Positions 10,196 through 20,060 of a stretch of DNA of 64,000 nucleotides are shown here, piece after piece. The notes under the pieces are model-generated. The model worked only from the letters and a program-made list of their open reading frames with translations. It made no database searches and was not told where the DNA came from. The DNA comes from an uncultured Candidatus Rokubacteria bacterium (GTDB lineage Bacteria; Methylomirabilota; Methylomirabilia; Rokubacteriales; CSP1-6): NCBI GenBank assembly GCA_963771355.1, contig CAVYTA010000006.1:2048001-2112000 (forward strand), read 5' to 3'. Position 1 is the first letter of the stretch; each line of letters begins with the position of its first letter. Made by a program: the position numbers and the translations under genes.

Positions 10196-11507
10196 CTAGA
10201 GGCTGCCGGCGATGAAGGCCACCGCCGCGGCGGTCATGACGCCGGTTGCGGTCCAGCCGAGCGCGGTGAGCCAGGGCCCGTTGACGTCGCTTGCCCATGA
10301 TGCGCGGGTTGCCGCCCACGAGCATCACGAGGAGGAGCAACGGCGGCGCGAGGAGCCCGTTGACCACGGCGGAGACGAAGAGGACGCGGACCGGGTTGTG
10401 CTGGAGCAGGGTCAGGACCATGCCGCCGAGGATGGAGGCCGCGATGACGATGTAGAAGCGCCGCGCGCGACGGGGCTTGAGCGAGAGTCCCGCGCGCCAG
10501 CCGAAGAGCTCGGCCACCGCGAAGGAGGCGGAGCCGGCGAGGACGGGAATGGCGAGGAGCCCCGTGCCGATCAGGCCAAGTGCGTAGAGCAGGTACGCAG
10601 CGTCCCCGGCGAGCGGCCGCAGCGCCTCCGCCGCCTGCCGTGCCGACTCGATCTCGCGGTGGCCGGCGCGGTGCAGCGTGGCCGCCGTGGCCAGGATGAT
10701 GAAGTACATGACGAGATTGGAAAAGAACATGCCGGTATTGACGTCGAAGCGCGGCGTCGGCGAGCTCGTGCGGGGTGGCGCCGCGCCGCTGCGAGAGCGC
10801 ATGCCGGCCGCGCGCCTTCTCCTCCTCCACCTCCTGCGAGGCCTGCCAGAAGAAGAGATACGGCGAGATGGTGGTGCCGAGGATCGCCACCAGGGTGGCG
10901 ATCGAGAGCGCGTCGAAGCGGAAGCCGCGGGACGAGCGTGGCGGCCAGGGCGGCGCCCCAGTCCGGGCGCGCCAGCACCGCGGCCACGATATAGGCGAAC
11001 AGGGTGGCGGTGAGCCACTTCAGCGCCCGCGCGAAGGCGACATAGCTCGCATAGACCACCACCAGCACGATGGACACGCCGAAGAGCGGGGACCCACACG
11101 AGTGCGCTCACGCCCGAGAGCATCTCGGCCGCCTCCGCCATGCCGCCCAGATCCGCGCTGATATTGAAGACGTTGGCGACCAGGAGCAGTAGGCAGGCGG
11201 CATAGAGGAGTGGGCGCGGATAGTGGCGCCGCAGCACCGCCGCCAGCCCCTGCCCGGTCACGAGCCCGATGCGCGCGCAGATGAGCTGGACGGCGGCCAT
11301 GAGCGGAAAGGTGGCGACCGCGGTCCACAGCATGCCGTAGCCGAGCGACGCGCCCGCCACCGAGTACGTCGTGATGCCGCTGGGATCATCGTCGGAGGCG
11401 CCGGTGACCAGCCCGGGCCCGAGTACGCGGAAGTAGCGGACGAGCGGATTGTGGGAATGGGGCTCGGGCGGACGCGCGGGGAGAAGGCCGTCCCCCGTGT
11501 CGCTCAC
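10196..11507 (-). pseudogene. NRAMP/MntH-family divalent metal transporter with four apparent +1 frameshifts (pseudogene or assembly error)
   Basis: GPGLVTGASDDDPSGI, AILGTTISPYLFFWQ, GLIGTGLLAIPVLAGS spread over three frames; breaks near 11089, 10925, 10752, 10288. Confidence 0.85.
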
Positions 11508-12320
11508 CGCTTCTGGTACTCCGGCCGCCAGCGGAGGAGCCGCGCTTCGACCTGCCGGATGCCCAGCGCCATCACGATGCCGATGATCCCCAGTACCACC
11601 AGGGCCACCATCATGTCGGCGGCGTTCAGCGTGCCCAGGCTCTGGATGATGAGATAGCCGAGCCCACCTCCGGATTCACCGCCGATGAACTCACCCACCA
11701 CCACGCCGATGAGGGCGAAGGAGATGGAGGGCGTGAGCGAGGCGAAGGTCCAGGCCAGCGCGGAGGGCACGATGACGGACCACATGACCTGCCGCTCATT
11801 CGCGCCGAGGAAGCGGGCGGAGTGGATGAGGTCGGCGTCCACGCTCCGCGCGCCCTGGAAGGTGTTGAAGAAGACGATGAAGAACACGATGCTCCAGGCG
11901 AGCACCACCTTGGCGAGGAGGCCGAAGCCGAAGATCATGGTGATGAGGGGCACCAGCGCGATGCGCGGCAGCGAGTTGAAGGCCACGATGAAGGGGGAGC
12001 AGACGCGCGCCAGCCGCTCGCTCCGACCCAGCACCAGTCCCGCCACGAAGCCGGTGGTGATCCCCACCAGGAAGCCCCACAGGGTGGACTGTATGGTGGA
12101 CCACGCCATCGCCCAGATGCTCAGCCGCACCGAGCCGCCCCGCGAGGTGCAGGAAGCGCTCGACGATCTTCGACGGCCGGCTGATGAAGAAGGGGTCGAT
12201 CCAGTAGAGCCCGGGCGTCCGGGAGATCGCCTTGATCCCGGTGAGATACTCCCACGCGGCGACGGCCGCGACCAGGATCGCCACCTGCCAGGCGAGCATC
12301 CGCCAGCGGTCGGGGGTCAC
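11504..12320 (-). pseudogene. ABC permease (SsuC/TauC/NitT family) with one apparent +1 frameshift near 12140
   Basis: N-part PFFISRPS in one frame; NSLPRIAL, ARFLGA, VVGEFIG in another; break at a G4 run. Confidence 0.8.
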
Positions 12321-12361
12321 GGGCCGGCCTCGCTCCGCTCGGAAAGCATCACGTATCCGCT

Positions 12362-12427
12362 CGGCTCGCCTTCGGCTGCGGCTCGCCAAGCCACTACCGG
12401 CTCGCCTTCGGCTGCACCTCGCCAAGC
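12362..12427. repeat. Intergenic 30-bp direct repeat pair (REP-like)
   Basis: cggctcgccttcggctgc(gg/ac)ctcgccaagc at 12362-12391 and 12398-12427. Confidence 0.75.
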
Positions 12428-12434
12428 ACTGCCC

Positions 12435-13220
12435 TCATGCCCTCTCGAATTCCTCTCCCAAGGCGTGCCAGATCTCGCCGTACTCGCGGGAGTACTCCTC
12501 GGTCTCGCGGATGCGAATCACGTCGCGGGGGCGCGGGAGCTTGACGGCGTAGACGAGCTTGATGCGTCCCGGCCGGCGCGTCATCACCACCACCCGATCG
12601 GCCAGCGTGATGGCCTCGGAGAGGTCGTGGGTGACGAACACCACCGTCTGGCGCTTGGCTTCCCAGAGGGCGAGGAGCTCGGCATGGAGCGTGAGCTTGG
12701 TGTGAGTGTCGAGCGCGCCGAACGGCTCGTCCATGAGGAGGATCTCGGGGTCCGCCACCAGCGAGCGCATCAGGGCGACGCGCTGACGCATGCCCCCGGA
12801 GAGCGTGGCGGGGAAGGCCTCCTCGAAGCCCTGGAGCCCGGCCAGGGCGATCGCCTCCTTGACCCGCGCCGCGCGCTCGGCGGCCGGCATGCCCCGGTAC
12901 TCGAGGCTCAGGGCGATGTTGCGCTCGACGGTTCGCCAGGGAAAGACGGTGTCCTTCTGGAACACGTAGCCGACCTGGCGCGGAGCGCGCGTTGCCACCG
13001 GCTCGCCGTCGACCAGGATGCGGCCGCTGCTGGGCGCCACCAGGGCGCCGATCATGTTGAGGATGGTGGACTTGCCGCAGCCGGACGGGCCGACGATGGC
13101 CACGAACTCCTGATCGGTCACGTCGAACGACACCCCCGCCACCGCCGGGACTTCGCGGGCACCCGCGTCGAAGGTCTTGGCGAGGTCCCGGACGGCGATG
13201 CGAACGCGGGGAGCCGTCAC
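12435..13220 (-). CDS. ABC ATP-binding protein (SsuB/TauB family)
   Basis: GPSGCGKST, LSGGMRQR, LLMDEPFGALD, VTHD; GTG start 13220. Confidence 0.93.
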   Translation of the reverse strand: MTAPRVRIAVRDLAKTFDAGAREVPAVAGVSFDVTDQEFVAIVGPSGCGKSTILNMIGALVAPSSGRILVDGEPVATRAPRQVGYVFQKDTVFPWRTVERNIALSLEYRGMPAAERAARVKEAIALAGLQGFEEAFPATLSGGMRQRVALMRSLVADPEILLMDEPFGALDTHTKLTLHAELLALWEAKRQTVVFVTHDLSEAITLADRVVVMTRRPGRIKLVYAVKLPRPRDVIRIRETEEYSREYGEIWHALGEEFERA

Positions 13221-13224
13221 CGTG

Positions 13225-14337
13225 CTACGACTTGTACTTGGCCTGCGCCTTCCGCACGAAGCGCATGTCCACGGCCTGGGCGTAAGGAATCGGCTTGTCG
13301 AGCGCGGTGGGGATCCAGACCTTCTCCCCGCGCGCGTAGTCCGCTTCCTCGACCACGAAGTCCCAGTCGAAGATGGTGCGGTAGTAGCGAACGGAGTCCA
13401 GCACCACCTCGCGCGTGAAGGCGTCCATGTACGGCTTGTGCAGGAGCTCCACGATCTCATCGTCCTTGGCGCGGCGGATCCACTGCTGCGCCCGGTAGCA
13501 GGCGTTGACATAGGCCTGGACGAGGTCGGGGGCCTTGTCGACGGTCTCCTTCAGGCAATAGCCGACCGTCACCGGGATGGGACCGCCGAACACGCGGTTC
13601 CACGCCTTCTCGTCCTGGATGTCGTAGATGGGCCGTCCAAATCCCTCGCTCACCGCCGCCGATTGCCACTCGGGCACCGCCATGATGGCGTCGAACTTCC
13701 CCGCCTTGAGCCCGCCCAGCATGGTGGTGGAGGCGCCCCCACCCACCCACTCCACGTGGTCGTTGACCGCCCGCCCGCTGGGCGCCTTGATGCTCTTGCA
13801 CACGAACACGCCGTAGACGTGGGTGCCGGAGCCGATGGCGGTCGCGGCCACCACCGCCTTGCGGCCCACGAGCTTCTCGTCGCCGAGGGCCTCCACGCTC
13901 TTCACGCCCCGGTCGAAGAGCTCCTTGCGCACGACGACGTTGGCGTAGGAGCACCGGGTGTCGGTGGCGAACAGGATCACCGCGTCGCGGCCCTTCTCGG
14001 TGGTCTTGAGCGGATGGTTCGAGTCGCCGAGGCCGAACTGGGCCTGCCCTGCCGCCACCGCCTGCACCACCTTGGCGCCGCCGCCCGGCACGATGAAGTC
14101 GGGACTCTTGAGGCCCTCCTCCTCGAAGAATTTCTTCTGGACCGCGACCAGATGCTGGCCGTAAACGATGGTGGAGACGCTGTGCGAGGCGGTGAAGGTC
14201 TTGAGCGTCCCCTGGGCCGCTCCTGCCCCGGGCCTGCCCGCCAGCAGGGCTCCCCCGGCCAGCCCCGCTCCGGCCCGAGCCACCGTGCTCATGAAGCCGC
14301 GCCGCGTCCACTGCCGATCGTCGGGCCGCTCTGCCAT
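13225..14337 (-). CDS. ABC substrate-binding protein (SsuA/NMT1-like), Tat-exported
   Basis: TRRGFM Tat motif; FFEEEGL, GKFDA, PDLVQAYV; operon context. Confidence 0.85.
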   Translation of the reverse strand: MAERPDDRQWTRRGFMSTVARAGAGLAGGALLAGRPGAGAAQGTLKTFTASHSVSTIVYGQHLVAVQKKFFEEEGLKSPDFIVPGGGAKVVQAVAAGQAQFGLGDSNHPLKTTEKGRDAVILFATDTRCSYANVVVRKELFDRGVKSVEALGDEKLVGRKAVVAATAIGSGTHVYGVFVCKSIKAPSGRAVNDHVEWVGGGASTTMLGGLKAGKFDAIMAVPEWQSAAVSEGFGRPIYDIQDEKAWNRVFGGPIPVTVGYCLKETVDKAPDLVQAYVNACYRAQQWIRRAKDDEIVELLHKPYMDAFTREVVLDSVRYYRTIFDWDFVVEEADYARGEKVWIPTALDKPIPYAQAVDMRFVRKAQAKYKS

Positions 14338-14391
14338 GGAAGTCCTCCGGATACGGGATGGGGTCCGGCCGCACTGTACACCCGGAACACC

Positions 14392-14421
14392 TTGACAGGA
14401 AAGATGTTTTTGGGCTACCAT
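14392..14421 (+). promoter_or_regulatory. Putative sigma70 promoter of the yicC-gmk-rpoZ operon
   Basis: TTGACA-N18-TACCAT. Confidence 0.55.
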
Positions 14422-14474
14422 CCGGCGATGGGAGCCTGTCACATCCCCCCGACTTCCCATTTCCAGAGGCGCTC

Positions 14475-15359
14475 ATGATTCGCAGCATGACGGGGTACGG
14501 CCGGGCCGAGGTGTCCGGACCCCGCCTGGCGGTTTCGGTGGAATGCCGCTCCGTCAATCATCGCCACCTCGACATCGTGCTCAAGCTCCCGCGGGCACTG
14601 GCGGTCTATGAGCCCGATGCCCGGCGGCTCGTCCAGGCGGCCGTGCAGCGCGGCCGCGTCGACGTTTCCGCCACGCTGACGGCGGCGGGCGGCGGCGGGC
14701 TCGGCTCCCTCTCGGTCAATACCGTCCAGGCCCGCGAGTACGAGGCGGCCGCGCGCGCCCTCGCGGACGAGCTGGGGCTGACGCCGTCACTTCGCATCGA
14801 GTGGCTGCTCGCGCAGCCCGGCGTGCTCGCGCGCGACGCCGAGCCCGCCGCCTCGCCGGAAGAAGGCTGGAGCTTGCTGGCGCCGGCGCTGGAGGCGGCG
14901 CTCGCCGACCTCGTGGCGCGCCGCGAGGCCGAGGGCAAGGCGCTCGCGCAGGAGCTGGGCACGCTGCACGACACGCTCGAGGCCGGCGTGGCGCTGATCG
15001 CGGTCCGCGTGCCGACGACCCAGGCGCGCCGGGCAACCCGGCTCCGCGAGCGGGTGCAGGCACTGCTGGGCGAGGTCCCGGTGGACGAGGGGCGCCTCGC
15101 CACCGAGGTCGCTGCGCTGGCGGAGCGGGCCGACATCACCGAGGAGCTGGCGCGGCTTCGCGCGCACCTGGGCGAGCTCCGCGCGCGCCTCGACGAGGGG
15201 GGGACGGTGGGTCGCCCGCTGGACTTCCTCATCCAGGAGATCAACCGCGAGATCAACACGGTGGGATCCAAGGCCGACGATCTCGAGATCTCCCAGGCGG
15301 TCATCGCCGCCAAGGCCACCCTCGAGAAGATCCGCGAGCAAGTGCAGAACATCGAGTGA
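14475..15359 (+). CDS. yicC: YicC/YloC family endoribonuclease
   Basis: MIRSMTGYG, SVNHR, DITEELARL, LDFLIQEINREINT, REQVQNIE. Confidence 0.96.
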   Translation: MIRSMTGYGRAEVSGPRLAVSVECRSVNHRHLDIVLKLPRALAVYEPDARRLVQAAVQRGRVDVSATLTAAGGGGLGSLSVNTVQAREYEAAARALADELGLTPSLRIEWLLAQPGVLARDAEPAASPEEGWSLLAPALEAALADLVARREAEGKALAQELGTLHDTLEAGVALIAVRVPTTQARRATRLRERVQALLGEVPVDEGRLATEVAALAERADITEELARLRAHLGELRARLDEGGTVGRPLDFLIQEINREINTVGSKADDLEISQAVIAAKATLEKIREQVQNIE

Positions 15360-15979
15360 TGGAGCTCCTCAAGCGGCGCGGCACCCTGGTGGTGGTCTCG
15401 GCCCCGTCGGGCGCGGGCAAGACCACGCTCTGCCACGAGGTGCGCTCGCTGGTGCCCGACCTCTACTACTCGGTGTCGTGCACCACCCGCGCCCCCCGCA
15501 ACGGCGAGGTGAACGGGACAGACTTCCACTTCCTCGACGCGGGCGACTTCATCGCCATGCGCGACCGCAACGAGTTCGCCGAGTGGGCGCAGGTGCACGG
15601 GCACTACTACGGCACTCCCGCCCGCGCGCTGGAAGGCGCCCTCGCCCGCGGGCTGGACATCCTCCTCGACATCGACACCAGCGGGGCCCGGCAGCTCCGC
15701 GCTCGCTACCCGGAGGCGGTGTCGGTGTTCATCATGGCTCCCTCGCTGGCCGAGCTGGACGCGCGCCTGCGCGAGCGGAAGAGCGACGCGTCGGGCGAGA
15801 TCGCCCGGCGCATGAGTCGGGCCCGCGAGGAGATCGCGGCCTGGCGCGAGTACGACTACCTGATCATCAACCGCGACGTGAAAGAAGCGGTGGACCAGCT
15901 CGCCACCATCATCCAGGCCGAGCGCTGCCGCACGAGCCGACTCACCATTCGATTCCCCGACGTGGAGGTTCCCGACTGA
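15359..15979 (+). CDS. gmk: Guanylate kinase
   Basis: SAPSGAGKTT, TTRAPRNGE, EWAQVHGHYYGT, DID. Confidence 0.96.
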   Translation: MELLKRRGTLVVVSAPSGAGKTTLCHEVRSLVPDLYYSVSCTTRAPRNGEVNGTDFHFLDAGDFIAMRDRNEFAEWAQVHGHYYGTPARALEGALARGLDILLDIDTSGARQLRARYPEAVSVFIMAPSLAELDARLRERKSDASGEIARRMSRAREEIAAWREYDYLIINRDVKEAVDQLATIIQAERCRTSRLTIRFPDVEVPD

Positions 15980-16191
15980 TGACGTTCCCTTCCCTGGAGC
16001 GGTCGCTCGACAAGGTGTCCAATCGCTATCTGCTCGTCGTGCTCGCCGCCAAGCGGGCGCGCCAGCTCAACCGCGGCGCGCAGGCGCAGCTCGAATCCAA
16101 GCACAAGAAGCCTACCAGCGTGGCGCTGCAGGAGATCGCCGACGCCAAGGTGGGCTATCGCCTCAAGGACGAGGACGCCCCCAAGGACTGA
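15979..16191 (+). CDS. rpoZ: RNA polymerase omega subunit
   Basis: NRYLLVVLAAKRARQL, KPTSVALQEI; gmk-rpoZ-coaBC synteny. Confidence 0.95.
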   Translation: MTFPSLERSLDKVSNRYLLVVLAAKRARQLNRGAQAQLESKHKKPTSVALQEIADAKVGYRLKDEDAPKD

Positions 16192-16195
16192 CGTC

Positions 16196-17428
16196 GTGGC
16201 GCTCGGCGGCCGGGAGCTGATCCTCGGGGTCACGGGCAGCATCGCCGCCTACAAGGCGGTGTATCTCCTGCGTGAGCTCGTCCGCCTGGGCGCCCGCGTC
16301 ACCGTCGTCCGCACCGCCCACGCCGAGCAGTTCGTGGGGGATCTCACCTGGCGCACGCTCTCCGGACGGCCGGTGCTCGCCGACCTCTTCGATCCGCGGA
16401 GCGGGGAGGCGGTGGAGCACGTGGCCCTCGCCGAGCGCGCGGATGCGGTGGTGGTCGCGCCGGCCACCGCCAATCTCCTCGCCAAGGCGGCCCACGGCAT
16501 CGCCGACGACTTCCTGACCACCGTGCTCCTCGCCGCCCGCGGCCCGGTGCTGATGGTGCCGGCCATGGACGGCGGGATGTGGAACCACGCCGCGGTGTCC
16601 GCCAACGTGGCCACGCTGCGGTCCCGGGGCGTGACGGTGCTCGAGCCGGACGCGGGCGCGCTCGCCTCCGGGCTCAGCGGCAAGGGCCGCCTCCCCGAGG
16701 CGGACGACATCGTCGAGGCGCTGGAGCGACTCCTGACGCCCGCCCGCGACCTCGCGGGCGAGCAGCTCCTCGTCACCTCGGGGCCCACGCGCGAGCCCAT
16801 CGATCCCGTGCGCTATCTCTCCAACCGCTCGTCGGGGAAGATGGGCCACGCCATCACCACCGCGGCCCTCCGCCGGGGCGCCGCCGTCACCCTGATCTCG
16901 GGCCCCACCGCGCTCACGCCCCCGCCCGGAGCCACCTTCGTCCCGGTCCAGACGGCGGAGGAGATGCGCGAAGCCGCGCTCCAGCATCTTCCCGCGGCGA
17001 CGGTGGTGATCAAGGCCGCCGCGGTGGCGGACTATCGCGTGGCAAACCCCGCCGGCCAGAAGATCAAGTCGAAGAAGGACGAGGGGCTCACCCTGGAGCT
17101 GGTGCCGAACCCCGACATCCTCCGCGAGCTGGCCGCGCGCAAGGGACACACCTTCCTGGTGGGCTTCGCCGCCGAGACCCATGAACTCCGGCGCCACGCG
17201 CAGGCCAAGCTGGCCGCCAAGGGGATCGATCTCTTGGTCGCCAACGACGTGAGCCGCCAGGGCATCGGCTTCGAGGCCGACGACAACCAGGTCGTGCTCC
17301 TCGATCGCTGGGGCGGTGAGGTCGAGCTCCCGAAGATGTCCAAGCTCGCGGTGGCCGACGCCATCCTCGACCGCGTGCTGGCGCTCCGGGCGGCCGCGGT
17401 CGCCCCTCACCCTAGCCCGCTCGCCTGA
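16196..17428 (+). CDS. coaBC: Bifunctional PPC decarboxylase / PPC synthetase
   Basis: GVTGSIAAYK, APATAN, GPTREPIDPVRYLSNRSSGKMG, AAVADY, GFAAET. Confidence 0.96.
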   Translation: MALGGRELILGVTGSIAAYKAVYLLRELVRLGARVTVVRTAHAEQFVGDLTWRTLSGRPVLADLFDPRSGEAVEHVALAERADAVVVAPATANLLAKAAHGIADDFLTTVLLAARGPVLMVPAMDGGMWNHAAVSANVATLRSRGVTVLEPDAGALASGLSGKGRLPEADDIVEALERLLTPARDLAGEQLLVTSGPTREPIDPVRYLSNRSSGKMGHAITTAALRRGAAVTLISGPTALTPPPGATFVPVQTAEEMREAALQHLPAATVVIKAAAVADYRVANPAGQKIKSKKDEGLTLELVPNPDILRELAARKGHTFLVGFAAETHELRRHAQAKLAAKGIDLLVANDVSRQGIGFEADDNQVVLLDRWGGEVELPKMSKLAVADAILDRVLALRAAAVAPHPSPLA

Positions 17429-17444
17429 AGGACGGCGGCCGGCG

Positions 17445-18152
17445 GTGGGAGACCGGGAGGAGCTCGCCGATGCGCTACGCGACCTCGCGGGCACACTCCG
17501 CCACCATCGCGACCTGGGGGTCATCGAGCTGCCCATGAGCGCGGCCGCCGCAGTGGCCCCGCCCCCGATTGACGCCGCGAAGGCGCTGGCCGCCCAGGAG
17601 GCCGCGCTGCAGGGCTGCACGCTCTGCAAGCTCTGCCAGAGCCGGACGAACATCGCCTTCGGCTCCGGCAATCCGCGCGCGGGTCTCCTGGTGGTGGGCG
17701 AAGGGCCGGGCGAGGAGGAAGACCGGCAGGCCAAGCCTTTCGTGGGTCGCGCCGGCCAGCTCCTGACCAAGATGCTCGAGTCGGTGGGCTTCGACCGGGA
17801 GCGCGACGCCTACATCGCCAACGTGGTGAAGTGCCGGCCGGAGCGGAACCGCAATCCGGAGCCGGACGAGGTCGCGGCCTGCAATCCCTTCCTCATGGCC
17901 CAGCTCGACACCGTGCGGCCGGCGGTGATCCTGACCCTGGGTAACTTCGCCGCCCAGACCCTGCTCGGCACCCGCGAGGGCATCACCAAGCTGCGGGGCC
18001 GCGCCTACGAGTACCGGTCGAGCATCCTCGTGCCGACCTTCCACCCCGCGTTCCTGCTGCGAAACCCCGGCCCCCAGTACCGGCGCATGGCCTGGGATGA
18101 TCTCAAGCTCGCGAAGCGCGAATTCGATCGCCTGACGGCCACCAAGCGCTAG
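17445..18152 (+). CDS. Uracil-DNA glycosylase family 4
   Basis: CxxCxLC, GEGPG, PFVGRAG, KCRP, TFHPA. Confidence 0.92.
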   Translation: MGDREELADALRDLAGTLRHHRDLGVIELPMSAAAAVAPPPIDAAKALAAQEAALQGCTLCKLCQSRTNIAFGSGNPRAGLLVVGEGPGEEEDRQAKPFVGRAGQLLTKMLESVGFDRERDAYIANVVKCRPERNRNPEPDEVAACNPFLMAQLDTVRPAVILTLGNFAAQTLLGTREGITKLRGRAYEYRSSILVPTFHPAFLLRNPGPQYRRMAWDDLKLAKREFDRLTATKR

Positions 18153-18156
18153 CCGC

Positions 18157-19938
18157 TTGCGCGTCGCCGATCTTCTCTTCGATCTCCCGCTGCGCCATCC
18201 GCTCACCTACGCCGTGCCCGACGGGCTCGTGCTCGCGCCGGGCCAGCGCGTCAGCGCGCCCGTTCAGGGGCGCGCCCGCGCGGGCCTCGTGCTCGCGCTG
18301 CGGGACGCCGACGCGGCGGGACTGGCGACCATCGACCGAACCCTGGAGCCCGCGCCGGTGCTCTCGCCCGTGATGCTGGATCTCGGCCGCTGGGCCGCGG
18401 CGGAAAGCCTCTCCGCTCCCGGCTCCACCCTCGCCGCGCTGCTGCCTCCCGCCCCCCGCCGCGGGAGCGTGGAGAGTGTGGCCCCGCCGCCGATGCCCGC
18501 CGCTTCGGCCACTCCCGTGACGCCGGAGCTCTGGACCGACCTCGCGCGCGACGCCCGCCTCAGCGAGCTCGCCGCGCGAGCGGACGGGCCGGTGCTGGTG
18601 GTCGCGCCCGACATCGAGTCCGCCGCGCGCTGGGCCGACCGGCTCGACGCCGGGCGCCTGGACAGCGGCGCCCCCGACGCCGCGCGCCGCGCGGCCTGGT
18701 TCGGCGCCGGGCGCGGCCGGCCGCGGGTGGTGGTGGGCACGCGCTCGGCCCTCCTCGTCGGCTTGCCGCCACCCGCCACGCTGGTGCTCCTCGACGAGGG
18801 TGACACCGCCCACAAGCCGCCCGGCGCCCCGCGGCTGCACTCACGCGAGCTCCTCGTGGAGCGGGCCCGGCGTGAAGGCAGCCGGCTCGTGCTGCTCGCC
18901 GGCGCGCCCGCGGTGGAGACGTGGCACCACGCCCGGTCCGGAACCTTCAGACTGGCCGCCCCCACGCCTTCAGGAGGCTGGCCCGAAATCATCGCCGCCG
19001 ACACGCGCGGCATTCTCCGCAACCATCCCCTCACGCTGCCCCTCACCCGCGCCATCGAGGAGGCGGGCCGACGCGGCCGACGCGTGGCGCTGGTGGTCTC
19101 GCGCGGCGCCGCCGCGCTGGGGTGCGAAGAGTGCGGCGAGGTGCTGCGCTGCCCGGATTGCGGCGTGGCCCTGGGGCTCGCGCGCGCGGGAGAGCCGCTC
19201 GGCTGCCGTATCTGCGGCCGCCGCGAGCCGGCGCCGGGGGGCTGCCCTCGCTGCGGCGGCCATCGTCTCTCGCCCTTCGGCTGGAGTCCCGAGCGCGTCG
19301 AGGCGTCGGTGCGCAAGCGCTTCCCGGCGTTGACGGTGGCCCGCGCGGGCCCGCGCGCGGCCGGGGCACAGGTGGTGATCGGGGGGGCGGGCGTGCTGCG
19401 CGGTCTCGAGCTCGGTAGCTTGAGCGCCGTGGGTTTCATCGCCCTCGACGGGCTCCTCCGCATCCCAGACTTCCGGGCCGGGGAGCGTGCCTTCCAGTCC
19501 CTCTGGGCGGCGGCGGAAGCGGTGGGCGGCAGCGGGCGCGTGATCGTTCAGACCCTGCATCCCGAGCACTACGCGCTCCAGGCGGTTCGCCGGCACGAGC
19601 GGGAGCTGTTCTACGAGCCGGAGCTGCAGTTCCGCGCCGAGCTGGGCTACCCACCTTATAGCCGGCTGTGCCTCCTCGACGTACGAGGCAAGAGCGAGGA
19701 AGGGGCCCGCGCGCTGATCGCGGAGTGCACGGCCGCGCTGAGCGGGATCGCGGGTATCCGCGCCTACGCCGCCACGCCGCGGGGCACGCCGGCCGCGCGG
19801 CGGCCCTCGTGGCGCATACTGGTCAAGGGGCCCGCCCACCTGCCGCGCCTGCTCGAGGAGCCCCTTCGCCCCCTCCTCGAGCGCCGCCGCCGCTCGCCCG
19901 GTGTGGTAGAAATAGAGATAGACCCCATTTCCTTATAG
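18157..19938 (+). CDS. priA: Primosomal protein N' with degenerate helicase motifs
   Basis: N-terminal LTYAVP..GQRV, VVGTRSA, four CxxC, PDFRAGER, YPP, C-terminal IDP; priA-def-fmt synteny. Confidence 0.88.
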   Translation: MRVADLLFDLPLRHPLTYAVPDGLVLAPGQRVSAPVQGRARAGLVLALRDADAAGLATIDRTLEPAPVLSPVMLDLGRWAAAESLSAPGSTLAALLPPAPRRGSVESVAPPPMPAASATPVTPELWTDLARDARLSELAARADGPVLVVAPDIESAARWADRLDAGRLDSGAPDAARRAAWFGAGRGRPRVVVGTRSALLVGLPPPATLVLLDEGDTAHKPPGAPRLHSRELLVERARREGSRLVLLAGAPAVETWHHARSGTFRLAAPTPSGGWPEIIAADTRGILRNHPLTLPLTRAIEEAGRRGRRVALVVSRGAAALGCEECGEVLRCPDCGVALGLARAGEPLGCRICGRREPAPGGCPRCGGHRLSPFGWSPERVEASVRKRFPALTVARAGPRAAGAQVVIGGAGVLRGLELGSLSAVGFIALDGLLRIPDFRAGERAFQSLWAAAEAVGGSGRVIVQTLHPEHYALQAVRRHERELFYEPELQFRAELGYPPYSRLCLLDVRGKSEEGARALIAECTAALSGIAGIRAYAATPRGTPAARRPSWRILVKGPAHLPRLLEEPLRPLLERRRRSPGVVEIEIDPISL

Positions 19939-19939
19939 A

Positions 19940-20022
19940 GGTCGTCCCTTGGGACGACCGTAGATCAATAAAAGGCCGGAAAAAAAGACAGCAAGCCAAT
20001 AAAAGGCCGTAAATAAAGACAG
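19940..20022. repeat. Palindrome plus AT-rich 26-bp direct repeats between priA and def
   Basis: ggtcgtccc-tt-gggacgacc (19940-19959); caataaaaggccg(g/t)aaa(a/t)aaagacag at 19966-19991 and 19997-20022. Confidence 0.85.
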
Positions 20023-20060
20023 AAAACTAGTAAGAACAAGATGCTAGGAGTGCAGCCCAC

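Noticed and set aside
10149..11507. Programmed frameshifting or an intact 452-aa NRAMP
   Set aside because: The middle of the ORF is out-of-frame sequence and no slippery sites are evident; compensating insertions explain it.
12362..12427. CRISPR array
   Set aside because: Only two units with a 6-bp spacer, and no cas genes.
19966..20022. CRISPR array or oriC
   Set aside because: Two units with a 5-bp spacer; no DnaA boxes recognised and no dnaA nearby.
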